From Cenarchaeum symbiont of Oopsacas minuta (lineage in GTDB: Archaea; Thermoproteota; Nitrososphaeria; Nitrososphaerales; Nitrosopumilaceae): a DNA stretch of 64,000 bases. Every line of letters starts with the position of its first letter. The stretch's first letter is position 1. The notes under the pieces were generated by a model. The model saw only the letters and a list, made by a program, of their open reading frames with translations, searched no databases and was not told the DNA's origin. This document shows positions 40,367 through 51,167 of the stretch, in pieces. The translations under genes were made by a program, and so were the position numbers. The DNA lies in assembly GCA_029948415.1 (NCBI GenBank), contig JAJIZT010000002.1, forward strand, positions 146,335 through 210,334, in the 5' to 3' direction.

Positions 40367-40726
40367 TTATTTGGTTTTAGATTCAAGTAATTTTTTAAAT
40401 TCATATATTACAATGTTATGAACTTTCCCATCTGATCTTACAGTAATTATGCTCCCGTCATCATTAGGTTCTAACTCAATGATAATTTTTTTATATGGTC
40501 TAGTCCAATAATAAATAGCTGCGATGACAAGTCCTACAATAAATAACAATAAACCAACTACTATCAAAGTAACCAATACACCTACACTATAATTCCGGTT
40601 ACCTTTGAAAACTATTTGTTCATTTTTCATAGAGGACGTTATTTCAAAATCTCCATGTCTGGATTGTTTTATGATTTTTTTATAAGCTATCTCAGGAGTA
40701 CAATCACTATCAAATTCAGCATACAT
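40367..40726 (-). CDS. hypothetical membrane protein
   Basis: 119 aa with one long hydrophobic segment; lower GC. Confidence 0.65.
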   Translation of the reverse strand: MYAEFDSDCTPEIAYKKIIKQSRHGDFEITSSMKNEQIVFKGNRNYSVGVLVTLIVVGLLLFIVGLVIAAIYYWTRPYKKIIIELEPNDDGSIITVRSDGKVHNIVIYEFKKLLESKTK

Positions 40727-40864
40727 TGCATTTACGTTGATTATATTGAAGTATTAATATGTTCAGAGATTAATTCTGAAAAGATCGTTATTTATGAATA
40801 GGTTTCGATAACTTTAGAATCTATGTTGGCAATGCTTAAACAACATGTAAACAATATACATTAC

Positions 40865-41314
40865 ATGAAGGCCACATTTGGTGCAGGATGTTTTTGGCAT
40901 GTTGAAGAGATGTTTAGCAAAATTCCAGGTGTGATATCCACATCTGTAGGGTATGCAGGAGGAGATGTAACAGATCCAAGTTATGAACAAGTGTGCACCG
41001 GTAACACTGGACATGCAGAATCTGTCCAAATAGAGTACGATCCAGATAAAGTCCCATATGAGGAACTCTTGCGCGTGTTTTGGGAGAATCACAACCCCAC
41101 AACACCAAACAGACAAGGTCCTGATGTTGGAACCCAATACCGCTCTGTGGTGTTTATTCATGATGTAAAACAAAAAGAGGCTGCAGATGCAATCAAAAAA
41201 CGCATAAACGAGTCTGGTAAACATCCAGATCCCATAGTGACCCAGATTGTTCCAGCAGGCAAATTTTACAGGGCAGAAGAGTATCATCAAAAATACTTTG
41301 AAAAAAATTGCTAG
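40865..41314 (+). CDS. msrA: peptide-methionine (S)-S-oxide reductase
   Basis: GAGCFW, GHAESVQ, QGPDVGTQYRS, AEEYHQKY. Confidence 0.96.
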   Translation: MKATFGAGCFWHVEEMFSKIPGVISTSVGYAGGDVTDPSYEQVCTGNTGHAESVQIEYDPDKVPYEELLRVFWENHNPTTPNRQGPDVGTQYRSVVFIHDVKQKEAADAIKKRINESGKHPDPIVTQIVPAGKFYRAEEYHQKYFEKNC

Positions 41315-41431
41315 ATCACTAGCAATTGCACCATACAATTCCCTCTAGATAATCCACATATGTTATTTGACTAGAAAATCAACTCGTCTGTAGATTGGCA
41401 TCATGTCAAAGTTTTGATATATTTTCACATG

Positions 41432-42283
41432 TTATTTTCTAGTGGATTCTAGTAAAAATTCCAACATTATTTTCGGAATATTTTTGTCGGTCACTTTGGA
41501 TATACCTTTGAATTCTACTGTATTGTTTACCTCATGGGCAACAAGACCTCGTTCTTTATCTTCCATCATATCTACACCAAGTATTCCACCACCGACGGCT
41601 TTGGATGACTTTATAGCAAGATCTTCCATCTCTTTTGTTATCTTGCACATTTGAGGATCTGCACCAAGTGCTATGTTTGTTTTAAATCCATCAGATGATG
41701 TTCTATACATTGCAGCTATGGCATATTCTCCAACGGTGATAACACGTATGTCACGTGGTGGACGTTTTACCAGTTTTTGTAGATAATAAATTCTATCATA
41801 CGGACCATCAGATATCTCTCGTGCTTCTGTTACAGCTTCAAGTGTTTCACGGTCAGATATTTTTGCCACTCCACGACCCCAGCTACCAACTAGTGGTTTT
41901 ATTACAAGTGGGTATTTTGCAGTATCTGCCATATCGATTGCAGACTCTCTTGTAAATGCAAAAAACGTACTAGGTGTTGGTACATTATGTTTTCGTAGTT
42001 TTAATGTCATCAACATTTTGTTTCCACATATGCTAGCAACTGCTAGTTTGTTTATTACAGGTACATTCAAAAATTCCAGATATGCAGTATAATGTAGGCC
42101 GCGAAAATAGCTTATACATCTCTCCAATGCACCATCACCAAAATCTAATGTGGTTTTTTCAGTATTGATATGAGATGATTTTGCATCGATCATCTCCACT
42201 TGTATACCCATCTCTGTGGCTTGTTTTAAAAGCATCTTTTCTTCGATCCGCAGGCGGTCAAATACAATGCTGACTTTGGGCAT
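41432..42283 (-). CDS. argX: LysX/ArgX-family ATP-grasp LysW ligase, likely ArgX by context
   Basis: KPLVGSWGRG, RDIRV, HEVNNTVEF; follows argG-lysW; substrate assignment is contextual. Confidence 0.8.
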   Translation of the reverse strand: MPKVSIVFDRLRIEEKMLLKQATEMGIQVEMIDAKSSHINTEKTTLDFGDGALERCISYFRGLHYTAYLEFLNVPVINKLAVASICGNKMLMTLKLRKHNVPTPSTFFAFTRESAIDMADTAKYPLVIKPLVGSWGRGVAKISDRETLEAVTEAREISDGPYDRIYYLQKLVKRPPRDIRVITVGEYAIAAMYRTSSDGFKTNIALGADPQMCKITKEMEDLAIKSSKAVGGGILGVDMMEDKERGLVAHEVNNTVEFKGISKVTDKNIPKIMLEFLLESTRK

Positions 42284-42450
42284 TACTCTCCCCAGTCTTC
42301 GCCTATACTCTCTGCTTTCTTTAGTTCCATCTGCGAGCCATCTTGTTTTGATATCTCATAGTCGGCTCCGCAGTCAGGACATGAAACAATCTCGCCAGAG
42401 GTGGCATCACCTGGAACATCTATTTTTGCATCACATTCTGGACAGTTCAT
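42283..42450 (-). CDS. lysW: amino-group carrier protein LysW, copy 1
   Basis: Hand translation MNCPECDAKIDVPGDATSGEIVSCPDCGADYEISKQDGSQMELKKAESIGEDWGE. Confidence 0.95.
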   Translation of the reverse strand: MNCPECDAKIDVPGDATSGEIVSCPDCGADYEISKQDGSQMELKKAESIGEDWGE

Positions 42451-43646
42451 GTTTTTGCTGACATTTTATCTTGTAATTTATTCGCTTCTGTTGACTGCAT
42501 GCCCCACAACGCCACAAACCCCATAGCCAACCTCTGATCAAAGGTAGAATCAAGCCCATACGTTGAAGATTTTACATTATATAACGAATATTTTGAAGAG
42601 CGCCCTACCACACGTAGGCTGCCATGGTGCATACGTATCCTTACAGTTCCAGTCACGTATCTTTGACTATTTGATATGTATCCATCAAGATCCTCACGTA
42701 GTGGATCCTCCCATAGACCAGAGTATGCAAGCTCTGCCCACTGATCGTCTATAGTTGATTTAAAGCGGGTCTGATGTTTTGTGTGAATCAATTTTTCAAG
42801 ATCTCGGTGTGCCTCTATTATGCACGTAGCAGCTGGCGCCTCGTATATCTCACGAGATTTTATTCCGACGATACGATCCTCTATGTGATCTAGTATGCCA
42901 ACTCCTGCAGCACCAGCTTTATTGTTTACATACTCTACAAGAGATACAGGATTCATCCGTTTACCGTCAACTGATACTGGTATGCCACAGTTGAATCCAA
43001 TCTCAATATATGATGGATTTTTTAATGCATTTGATACTCGAATCCATTCAAATGCACTCTCGGGAGGTTCTTTTGATGCATCTTCTACAATTCCTCCTTC
43101 TATAGCGCGTCCCCAAAGATTTTGATCAATGCTGAATTTTTTTGCTACTTTGTCTATTGATATACCATGTTTTTTTGCAAACGCCAGCTCTGTATTTCTA
43201 TCAAGGTTCATCTCGCGTATTGGTGCTAGTATTGGCAAGTTTGACTTTGCATGTAACGTGGCATCAAATCTGACTTGATCATTTCCTTTGCCAGAGCATC
43301 CATGTGCCAAAGCAGATGCATTCTCTTTTGCTGCAACTGTGATCAATTTTTTTGCAATGAGTGGTCTTGCAAGAGCTGTAGCTAGAGAGTATTTTTTTTG
43401 ATATAGTGCATTTGCTTTTATGGCAGGATATACATAATCAGTTACAAATTCAGTCTTTGCATCAATGTGGACATGTTTTACGGCACCAAGTTTTTTTGAT
43501 TTGGCGGCGACTTTACGATAGTCATCTTGCTGCCCCACATCCACGGTAACGGTAACTGTATCCATGTCATATTCTTCTAGGAGGTATTTTACGACCACAG
43601 ATGTATCAAGTCCACCTGAAAAGGCAAGTACTGCTTTTTTAGACAT
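42447..43646 (-). CDS. argG: argininosuccinate synthase
   Basis: AFSGGLDTS, HGCSGKGNDQVRF, SIDQNLWG, KSREIYEAP. Confidence 0.97.
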   Translation of the reverse strand: MSKKAVLAFSGGLDTSVVVKYLLEEYDMDTVTVTVDVGQQDDYRKVAAKSKKLGAVKHVHIDAKTEFVTDYVYPAIKANALYQKKYSLATALARPLIAKKLITVAAKENASALAHGCSGKGNDQVRFDATLHAKSNLPILAPIREMNLDRNTELAFAKKHGISIDKVAKKFSIDQNLWGRAIEGGIVEDASKEPPESAFEWIRVSNALKNPSYIEIGFNCGIPVSVDGKRMNPVSLVEYVNNKAGAAGVGILDHIEDRIVGIKSREIYEAPAATCIIEAHRDLEKLIHTKHQTRFKSTIDDQWAELAYSGLWEDPLREDLDGYISNSQRYVTGTVRIRMHHGSLRVVGRSSKYSLYNVKSSTYGLDSTFDQRLAMGFVALWGMQSTEANKLQDKMSAKT

Positions 43647-43855
43647 ATTTTACAACCTCCATGTGCATCTCTTGCATGCTATTAAAACATAATGTGGCCT
43701 ATTCATACGAGGTTGTATCCATGCATATAATTATCAAAAAGTGTTGTATTTACACACAAAAAGAATAGTTGACCTCTAATGCCTATTCTTGCCATAGATC
43801 AAAAGCTATAGCTAAAATCCGATCATTATTTAACTATCTGCCAACGCTTTTTTTT

Positions 43856-44851
43856 ATGAAGGTATTATACGTGATAGCGTGTGTGGTGCTAGTCATTCTA
43901 GTAACTGCCATACTATATACGCAGATTAGAGTAGAAGAGGATGTACAGAATCTACGTGTCACCGTCTTTGCAAATGCAGGGCATGCAGCTCCCATAATAG
44001 GCATGGAGCGTGGAATTTTTGCCAAAGAGATTACAGATACCATAATTGATCTCAAAATCTTTGACAGCGGTCCGCAGGCAATAGAATCACTTTTTTCTGG
44101 ATCATCGGATATTGCATATGTGGGTCCAGGGCCTGCGATAAATGGTTTTCTAAGATCTGATGGTGAGATCATAATTCTTGGAGGTGCAGCTAGTGGAGGG
44201 GCAAGCTTTGTGGCGCATCCGAATTCTGATATAGATTCCATCAAAAGTCTTGATGGAAAACGTGTTGCAACTCCACAGATTGCAAATACTCAAGATGTAT
44301 CACTTCGACATCACTTGAATGAAAACGACCTAGTCACAGTAGAACGTGGTGGAACAGTATACGTGATAAACGTTCCAAATCCAGATATCTATGTTTTATT
44401 CTCAAAGGGAGATATTGATGCTGCATGGGTTCCAGAACCGTGGGCTACACTTTTGGTAAACAAATTAGATGGAATACGGATATTTGAAGAGAAAGATGTA
44501 TGGGATAACGGCGAGTTTGCATCTGTACTGCTTGTAGCACGTACAAAATATACAGAACAGCATCCACAGATCATACAAGAATGGCTCAACGCTCATGCAA
44601 AATCAGTTGCATGGATAAATTCAAATCCTAAAGAGAGTGTAGATATTTTGCACAAATTTATCAAACGTGAGCTTGGAGCCTCTTTTGAGCGTGAAATTAT
44701 CGCAGAATCTCTCTCTAGAATAGTGATCACATCCGATCCAATCTCATCATCAGTTGAAGAATTTGCTAGCATGGCTCATGCTCTAGGATATCTTGGTCGT
44801 GGAGAGTATAGCCTTGATGGACTTTATTACGGTATGGAGGATTCAAGATAA
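43856..44851 (+). CDS. sulfonate/nitrate-type ABC transporter substrate-binding protein
   Basis: N-terminal TM; ATPQIANTQDV, AWVPEPW. Confidence 0.88.
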   Translation: MKVLYVIACVVLVILVTAILYTQIRVEEDVQNLRVTVFANAGHAAPIIGMERGIFAKEITDTIIDLKIFDSGPQAIESLFSGSSDIAYVGPGPAINGFLRSDGEIIILGGAASGGASFVAHPNSDIDSIKSLDGKRVATPQIANTQDVSLRHHLNENDLVTVERGGTVYVINVPNPDIYVLFSKGDIDAAWVPEPWATLLVNKLDGIRIFEEKDVWDNGEFASVLLVARTKYTEQHPQIIQEWLNAHAKSVAWINSNPKESVDILHKFIKRELGASFEREIIAESLSRIVITSDPISSSVEEFASMAHALGYLGRGEYSLDGLYYGMEDSR

Positions 44852-45612
44852 TGCCAGAGATAGAAGCTAGAGATGTTGTAAAATATTTTGCACATCAAAA
44901 ACATACACTATGCGCTATAAACGGTATCAGTCTCTCTGCTAGTGCAGGCGAGTTTGTATGTATAGTTGGCCCATCTGGATGTGGCAAATCTACGTTTCTT
45001 CGCATTCTTGCTGGTCTTGAAAAACCAGATTCAGGTGAGATCTTTATCAACGGCAAACCTGTACACGATACAGGACCTGGACGCATAATGGTATTTCAAG
45101 AAGGTGCCCTCTTTCCATGGCTAAAGGTAAAAGACAATGTGGAATTTGGCTTGAAAGTTTCTGGAATTCCATCAAAGGAGCGCTCGCAGATATCTTCAAG
45201 ATATCTTTCAATGATGCAACTAGACAAGTTTGCCGAATATTATACATACCAGATATCAACTGGCATGAAGCAAAGAGTTGCAATAGCTCGCGCACTTGTA
45301 ATGGATCCAGATGTTTTGCTGATGGATGAGCCATTTGCAGCCCTTGATGCACAGACAAGAGATCTTTTGTTAAGCGAGATGCAAGAGATTTGGATGCGTA
45401 CAAAAAAGACTATACTCTTTGTAACTCATAATGTATCAGAGGCCACAGTTCTTGGTACTAGAGTTGTGGTCTTTGGAGGTAGACCATCTTTTGTAAAAGG
45501 AGAGTTCATAATAGATGCACAAAGACCTCGACATACTGATGATTCAAGTCTTGTAAATCTACAAAAAGAGATACGTAAAAAATTAGCTAGCTCCTCAGAG
45601 GTTGAAAAATAA
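44851..45612 (+). CDS. ABC transporter ATP-binding protein (SsuB/TauB-like)
   Basis: GPSGCGKST, ISTGMKQRV, LMDEPFAALD. Confidence 0.93.
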   Translation: MPEIEARDVVKYFAHQKHTLCAINGISLSASAGEFVCIVGPSGCGKSTFLRILAGLEKPDSGEIFINGKPVHDTGPGRIMVFQEGALFPWLKVKDNVEFGLKVSGIPSKERSQISSRYLSMMQLDKFAEYYTYQISTGMKQRVAIARALVMDPDVLLMDEPFAALDAQTRDLLLSEMQEIWMRTKKTILFVTHNVSEATVLGTRVVVFGGRPSFVKGEFIIDAQRPRHTDDSSLVNLQKEIRKKLASSSEVEK

Positions 45613-46368
45613 ATGGTATCACACATATTAAAAAAGATTATATTTTTTGCTGTAATAATTTCAATTTGGCAGATAACTGCTAGCTTTGATCTCTGGCCAG
45701 ATCAGATATTTCCATCGCCTTATGAGATATCTGAAGATTTAGCATATGGTGCACTAGATGGTAGTCTCTTTTATGGAATCGGTACGAGTATGTTGAGACT
45801 GATTATTGGACTTGTAGTAGCTATAGCAGGTGGAGTAACACTTGGTGTCTTTATGGCACGTGTTGAAACTGTAAATCAAACCATTGGATCACTAGTGCTT
45901 GGTTTACAGTCCATACCGTCTGTAGCATGGGTACCACTTGCCCTCATATGGTTTGGAGTCACAGATGCTGGAATAATTTTTGTAACCGTTATCGGTGCCG
46001 TCTTTGCAGTTACGATAAACACGTATACTGGAGTCAAAAACATAGACCCACACTATGTAGAGGCAGCTCGTAATATGGGCGCTAGTGGAAGTAAACTGAT
46101 ATTCTCTGTACTGCTTCCAGCTGCATTCCCGTATATTTTTTCAGGATTTAAACAAGGATGGGCGTTTGCATGGCGGGGTGTCATAGGAGCTGAGATACTG
46201 TTTTCATTCCTAGGTCTAGGATTTTTGCTCAATGTTGGTAGGCAGACTGTGGACGTATCTCAAGTTATGGCAATAATGTTGATCATAATGGTCATTGGAA
46301 TGATAGTTGATGCCCTGATATTCTCAAGGTTGGAGAATAGGATCATGCGTCGTTGGGGATTACGATGA
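45613..46368 (+). CDS. ABC transporter permease (SsuC/TauC-like)
   Basis: Multiple TMs; EAARNMGA. Confidence 0.92.
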   Translation: MVSHILKKIIFFAVIISIWQITASFDLWPDQIFPSPYEISEDLAYGALDGSLFYGIGTSMLRLIIGLVVAIAGGVTLGVFMARVETVNQTIGSLVLGLQSIPSVAWVPLALIWFGVTDAGIIFVTVIGAVFAVTINTYTGVKNIDPHYVEAARNMGASGSKLIFSVLLPAAFPYIFSGFKQGWAFAWRGVIGAEILFSFLGLGFLLNVGRQTVDVSQVMAIMLIIMVIGMIVDALIFSRLENRIMRRWGLR

Positions 46369-46455
46369 TGGATTTTATGCAGTTGAGAGAGTATCATATG
46401 AAAAGACTGCCCTTGCACAATTAAGATAAATTAAACCCACATACAAGTAGAGAGT

Positions 46456-47502
46456 ATGAAAGTTGGCGTCGTTGGAGCATCTGGATACGTTGGTGGCGAG
46501 ACATTGAGGTTGCTGATAAACCATCCAAAAGCTGAGATCATCACAGTGACATCTAGGCAGCATGTTGGAGAGTACCTACATAGAGTGCAGCCTAGCTTGA
46601 AGGGTTTTACTGACCTAAAATTTTCAGAGCTAGACTATGATAAAATGTCATCAGAGTGCGATATTGTATTTACTGCAGTACCGCATGGAATGGCAACTGG
46701 AATTGTAAAATCATTTTATGATCGTAGAGTAAAAGTCATAGACCTGAGTGCAGACTATCGCCTTCATAAACCCAAAGATTATGATAGATGGTATGGTTGG
46801 GAGCATCCACATCCAGACTATCTTGAAAAATCTGTCTTTGGAGTTCCAGAACTACATCGAGAAAAAATTAAAAATGCACAGCTTGTCTCATGTCCTGGAT
46901 GTATGGCAGTTACTGCCACACTTGCACTAGCTCCACTGATACGCAATAATATCATAGATACAAAACACATAGTTGTTGATTCAAAGATAGGATCTTCGGG
47001 GGCAGGTGCAGGAGCTGGGACATCACATGCAATGCGTGCTGGCGTCATACGTCCTTACAAGCCTTCAGGACATAGACATACTGGAGAGATAGAGCAAGAG
47101 CTTGGCGAGATTGCAGGCGAAAAGATAGGAATCTCGATGAGTCCTCATGCAGTAGATGTGGTTCGCGGTATTTTGTGTACAAGTCATACATTTATGAAAA
47201 AAAATATTGATGAAAAAGATCTTTGGAAAATATATCGTACAGCATACGGTGATGAAAAACACATAAGACTCATACGAGATAAAAAAGGTCTATACAAATT
47301 TCCAGATCCAAAATTTTTGGTTGGTTCAAATTTTTGCGATATTGGATTTGACATAGATAGAGAGAACAATAGACTAGTCGTATTATCTGCATCAGATAAC
47401 CTCATGAAAGGTGCTGCAGGATCTGCAATACAAAACATGAATGTCATGTTTGGTCTAGAAGAGACAACGGGGCTCAAATACACCCCACTCACACCGGTGT
47501 AA
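46456..47502 (+). CDS. lysY: [LysW]-aminoadipyl/glutamyl-phosphate reductase (LysY/ArgC)
   Basis: GASGYVG, DLSADYR, CPGC, DNLMKGAAG. Confidence 0.93.
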   Translation: MKVGVVGASGYVGGETLRLLINHPKAEIITVTSRQHVGEYLHRVQPSLKGFTDLKFSELDYDKMSSECDIVFTAVPHGMATGIVKSFYDRRVKVIDLSADYRLHKPKDYDRWYGWEHPHPDYLEKSVFGVPELHREKIKNAQLVSCPGCMAVTATLALAPLIRNNIIDTKHIVVDSKIGSSGAGAGAGTSHAMRAGVIRPYKPSGHRHTGEIEQELGEIAGEKIGISMSPHAVDVVRGILCTSHTFMKKNIDEKDLWKIYRTAYGDEKHIRLIRDKKGLYKFPDPKFLVGSNFCDIGFDIDRENNRLVVLSASDNLMKGAAGSAIQNMNVMFGLEETTGLKYTPLTPV

Positions 47503-47509
47503 TCTAGCC

Positions 47510-48313
47510 ATGATTACAATAAAGATAGGCGGTAGTGTCGTAGATGATCTCCACGAGTCTACCATACTAGATATTAAAAAAACATCCATTGAACAAGGTT
47601 TGGTCATAGTTCATGGTGGGGCAAAAGAGGTTACCAAAGTTTCAAAACAGATTGGAAGAGAGCCAAAATTTGTCACATCTCCTAGTGGTATAAAAAGCAG
47701 GTATACTGATGCAGAGACTGCCAATATATTCACCATGGTCATGACAGGTCGCATCGGCAAAAATATAGTACGCATTTTACAAAAAAACGGCATAAATGCA
47801 ATAGGACTCTCTGGGATAGATGGTCGCCTGATACAAGCAGAACGCAAAAAAAAATTACTAGTGATAAACGATAAAGGTAGAAAACAGATGATCGACGGAG
47901 GGTATACTGGAAAGATAACAAAGGTGGATTCAGACTTTATAAAATATTTAATAGAACGCAAGATGGTTCCAGTAATATCTCCAGTTGCAACAAGTGAAGA
48001 GTATGATTTTTTAAATGTGGATGGAGATAGAGCTGCAGCATATGTTGCAGGTGCTATAAAATCAGATTGCGTTTTGTTTATCACAAACGTGGACGGATTG
48101 TGGGACAAGGATAAAAATATCATAAAACATCTTGATCTACAATATGCAAAAGAGATTAGACCGACGATAGGTCCTGGAATGGAGAAAAAGGTTTTAGCAT
48201 CTATAGAAGCAATAGAGATGGGTGTGAATACTGCAATTATAGCAAATGGAAAGAGGGAAAACCCCATATCAGAGGCGCTAAAACATAAAGAATGTACGGT
48301 GATAGAGAGATGA
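47510..48313 (+). CDS. lysZ: [LysW]-aminoadipate/glutamate kinase (LysZ/ArgB)
   Basis: KIGGS, VHGG, SRYTD, LNVDGDRAA. Confidence 0.93.
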   Translation: MITIKIGGSVVDDLHESTILDIKKTSIEQGLVIVHGGAKEVTKVSKQIGREPKFVTSPSGIKSRYTDAETANIFTMVMTGRIGKNIVRILQKNGINAIGLSGIDGRLIQAERKKKLLVINDKGRKQMIDGGYTGKITKVDSDFIKYLIERKMVPVISPVATSEEYDFLNVDGDRAAAYVAGAIKSDCVLFITNVDGLWDKDKNIIKHLDLQYAKEIRPTIGPGMEKKVLASIEAIEMGVNTAIIANGKRENPISEALKHKECTVIER

Positions 48314-49488
48314 GCGAAGAAGAGTATATGGGTAATCTGTATCAGAAATTTCCAGTTACAATCCATAAAGGTAGTGGTGCACGTGTTTGGGATGATACAG
48401 GTAGAGAGTATATCGACTGCATGGGAGGATATGGTGTAGCACTTGTTGGGCATAGAAACAAACGCGTCGTAAATGCACTGCAAAAGCAGCTAGGAGAGAT
48501 CATCACCGTGCACAGCTCGCTATACAGTACAACTCGACTAGAATTTCTCAAAAAACTTTTCTCAATTGCACCCTCTAAACTCTCTCAAGTTCATCTAAAT
48601 AACAGTGGAGCTGAATCAGTAGAGGCTGCGATAAAGTTTGCTCGCAAATACACTAAAAGAAAACGTATGGTTGCCATGAGAGGATCATATCATGGAAAGA
48701 CCATGGGAGCCCTCTCGCTTACATTTAATCCAAAATATAGAAAAAGCTTTGAGCCGCTAGTAGATTTAGTCGAATTTGTTCCATTTGGAGATATTGATGC
48801 TCTGCAAAATGTAATAGATGATCAGACAGCCATGTTGATCATAGAGCCAATTCAAGGTGAGAGTGGAATACATGTAGCACCGAATGGATTTTTACAAAAA
48901 GCGCGGAGTATATGCGATGACTCTGGAACATTGCTAGTATTTGATGAGATACAGTGTGGACTTGGTCGTACAGGTCGTATGTGGGCATGCGAGCATTGGG
49001 ATACGATACCAGATATACTGTGTGCTTCAAAAGGAATTGCAGGTGGCATTCCAATGGGTGTGACTCTAACAAAACCTGAGATTATTGCATCAATCTCAAA
49101 AGGCGAGCACTCTTCTACATTTGGTGGCAATCCACTTGCATGTGCAGCAGCAAAAGCTGCAATTACAGCACTTACCGATGATGGATTGGTAAAAAATGCA
49201 GCAAGTGTCGGTGCAGTGCTTATAGATGGTCTCAAAAGTCTTGCTAGCAAACATCCCATAATCAGAGAGGTTCGCGGTATGGGGCTAATGGTTGGAGTAG
49301 AGTTGAAATTTGATGTGCGAGAGATTCTTTTGGATGCAATAAAAAATGGAATGCTCTTACTATATTCTGGTAGAAATGTATTACGTTTTCTCCCACCACT
49401 CTCAATATCAAAAGAAGAGGTGCAAAAGGTTTTAGTGACTCTTGATGAATTGTTAACCATGGAGGAGAAGAGAAGAGATGCAAATTGA
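48310..49488 (+). CDS. lysJ: [LysW]-semialdehyde aminotransferase (LysJ/ArgD)
   Basis: NSGAES, YHGKT, EPIQGE, FDEIQCGLGRTG, TFGGNP. Confidence 0.93.
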   Translation: MSEEEYMGNLYQKFPVTIHKGSGARVWDDTGREYIDCMGGYGVALVGHRNKRVVNALQKQLGEIITVHSSLYSTTRLEFLKKLFSIAPSKLSQVHLNNSGAESVEAAIKFARKYTKRKRMVAMRGSYHGKTMGALSLTFNPKYRKSFEPLVDLVEFVPFGDIDALQNVIDDQTAMLIIEPIQGESGIHVAPNGFLQKARSICDDSGTLLVFDEIQCGLGRTGRMWACEHWDTIPDILCASKGIAGGIPMGVTLTKPEIIASISKGEHSSTFGGNPLACAAAKAAITALTDDGLVKNAASVGAVLIDGLKSLASKHPIIREVRGMGLMVGVELKFDVREILLDAIKNGMLLLYSGRNVLRFLPPLSISKEEVQKVLVTLDELLTMEEKRRDAN

Positions 49489-49894
49489 TTCAACTGATAA
49501 AAAAATTATAGATATTTTTAAAAAAAATTCTCGTGAATCATTTGCTACAGTTGGAACCATGACGAGTATATCTGAATCAGCTGTTAGAAGACGTGTAAAA
49601 AATATGCTCGATGCTGGAGTGATAAAAAAATTCACAATAGAGCAAGACGATGTAAATTCGACAAAAGCCATAGTGTTAGTCTCTGTAGATTCTGCAACAG
49701 ATACATCGCTTGTATCAACAAATCTAAAAAAACTCAAAGACATACGTACAGTCTATGAGATTACAGGGCAATATGATATTGCAGTAATAATGAGTGCAGA
49801 TAACATCTCTTCGATAAACGAGAGTATTGATGCATTACGTAAAAAATCTGGAGTTGTCGACACCAACACTGTGATAATATTACGTACCGTATAA
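49478..49894 (+). CDS. lysM: Lrp/AsnC regulator LysM
   Basis: HTH ISESAVRRRV, EITGQYDI; position inside the lys cluster. Confidence 0.85.
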   Translation: MQIDSTDKKIIDIFKKNSRESFATVGTMTSISESAVRRRVKNMLDAGVIKKFTIEQDDVNSTKAIVLVSVDSATDTSLVSTNLKKLKDIRTVYEITGQYDIAVIMSADNISSINESIDALRKKSGVVDTNTVIILRTV

Positions 49895-49965
49895 TGACGG
49901 AAACCGTTATAAAAAAGATGAAAAATGACTAAAACTGCACAAATATGTTTATATCCGTCATATAG

Positions 49966-51165
49966 ATGACGGATCTCATGGAGAATCCAAATTTGTATGC
50001 TGATGCATATAACGAGTATGATTTGAATCATAAAAAAATACGTATTCTAGATAGCACATTACGTGAAGGAGAACAACATCCTGGTGTCTCATTTACCAAC
50101 AAGCAACGCATACAGATAGCATGGATGTTGGATTATTTTGGTGTAGATCAAATAGAGATATCACCAGTGGTCTCAGACGATCATAAAAAAGCAGTTAAAA
50201 CTATAATAAAACAAGGACTACAAGCAGATATTGTATCACATGGTCGTGCATTACGCTCTGATATTGACATCTCTATTGATTGTGATGCAAAATGGGTGGC
50301 AGCATATCTTGGAATATCAGATATCCATCTACGTGACAAGTTGAGAATAACGCAAGAGCAGGCAATGGAGCGTGCAATAGATACTGTAGAGTATGCAAAA
50401 AAACATGATCTGCATATACGATTTACTTTAGAGGATGGTAGTAGAGCTAAACCAGAGTTTATGGAAGATATGTGCCGTGCAATAACCAAAGCTGGAGTTG
50501 ATCGCATTAGTCTACCAGATACTGTTGGTATACTACGGCCACGTGGAATGTATAATTTTGTAAATAGAGTACGCCAATGCACAGATGCTAAACTTGATGC
50601 ACATGTACATAATGATATGGGATTTGCTCTTGCCAATGCTTTTGCTGCATGTGAGGCAGGAGTAGATCAGATACATACGACGATAGATGGTATAGGAGAG
50701 AGAACTGGCATACCTGCACTAGCAGAAGTAGCAGTTGCCCTCACATATCTATTCAAATCTCCCAACGATTTTCGACTAGACATGTTGCAAGATCTCTCAA
50801 GACTTATCGAGAGTTATACTATGATAAAACCATACGACTCTAAACCCATCGTGGGCACATCAGCTTTCAAGCATAAAGCTGGAACGCATCTAGCTGCCAT
50901 ACTGCGCAATCCTGCAGCCTATGAACCAATACCACCTAGATCGGTTGGAAATCGCAGAAGAATAGTCTTTGGTGAGCTTGCAGGAAAGACAGGTGCTGCA
51001 CACTTGATGTCCATATTGGGTTTGAATCCTAACGAGGATGAGGCAAAAGGATTGGCATCTGGATTAAAGAATCTTCGAATGGGCGATCTAATGGATATTC
51101 CGCTAGATGATAGAGTAGAAAAAAAGATAATAGGTGACAATGATCGGTCAAATGGTGGTGAATAG
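49966..51165 (+). CDS. homocitrate synthase (DRE-TIM family)
   Basis: LDSTLREGEQ, HVHND, GIGERTG, HKAGTH; lys cluster context. Confidence 0.88.
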   Translation: MTDLMENPNLYADAYNEYDLNHKKIRILDSTLREGEQHPGVSFTNKQRIQIAWMLDYFGVDQIEISPVVSDDHKKAVKTIIKQGLQADIVSHGRALRSDIDISIDCDAKWVAAYLGISDIHLRDKLRITQEQAMERAIDTVEYAKKHDLHIRFTLEDGSRAKPEFMEDMCRAITKAGVDRISLPDTVGILRPRGMYNFVNRVRQCTDAKLDAHVHNDMGFALANAFAACEAGVDQIHTTIDGIGERTGIPALAEVAVALTYLFKSPNDFRLDMLQDLSRLIESYTMIKPYDSKPIVGTSAFKHKAGTHLAAILRNPAAYEPIPPRSVGNRRRIVFGELAGKTGAAHLMSILGLNPNEDEAKGLASGLKNLRMGDLMDIPLDDRVEKKIIGDNDRSNGGE

Positions 51166-51167
51166 AC

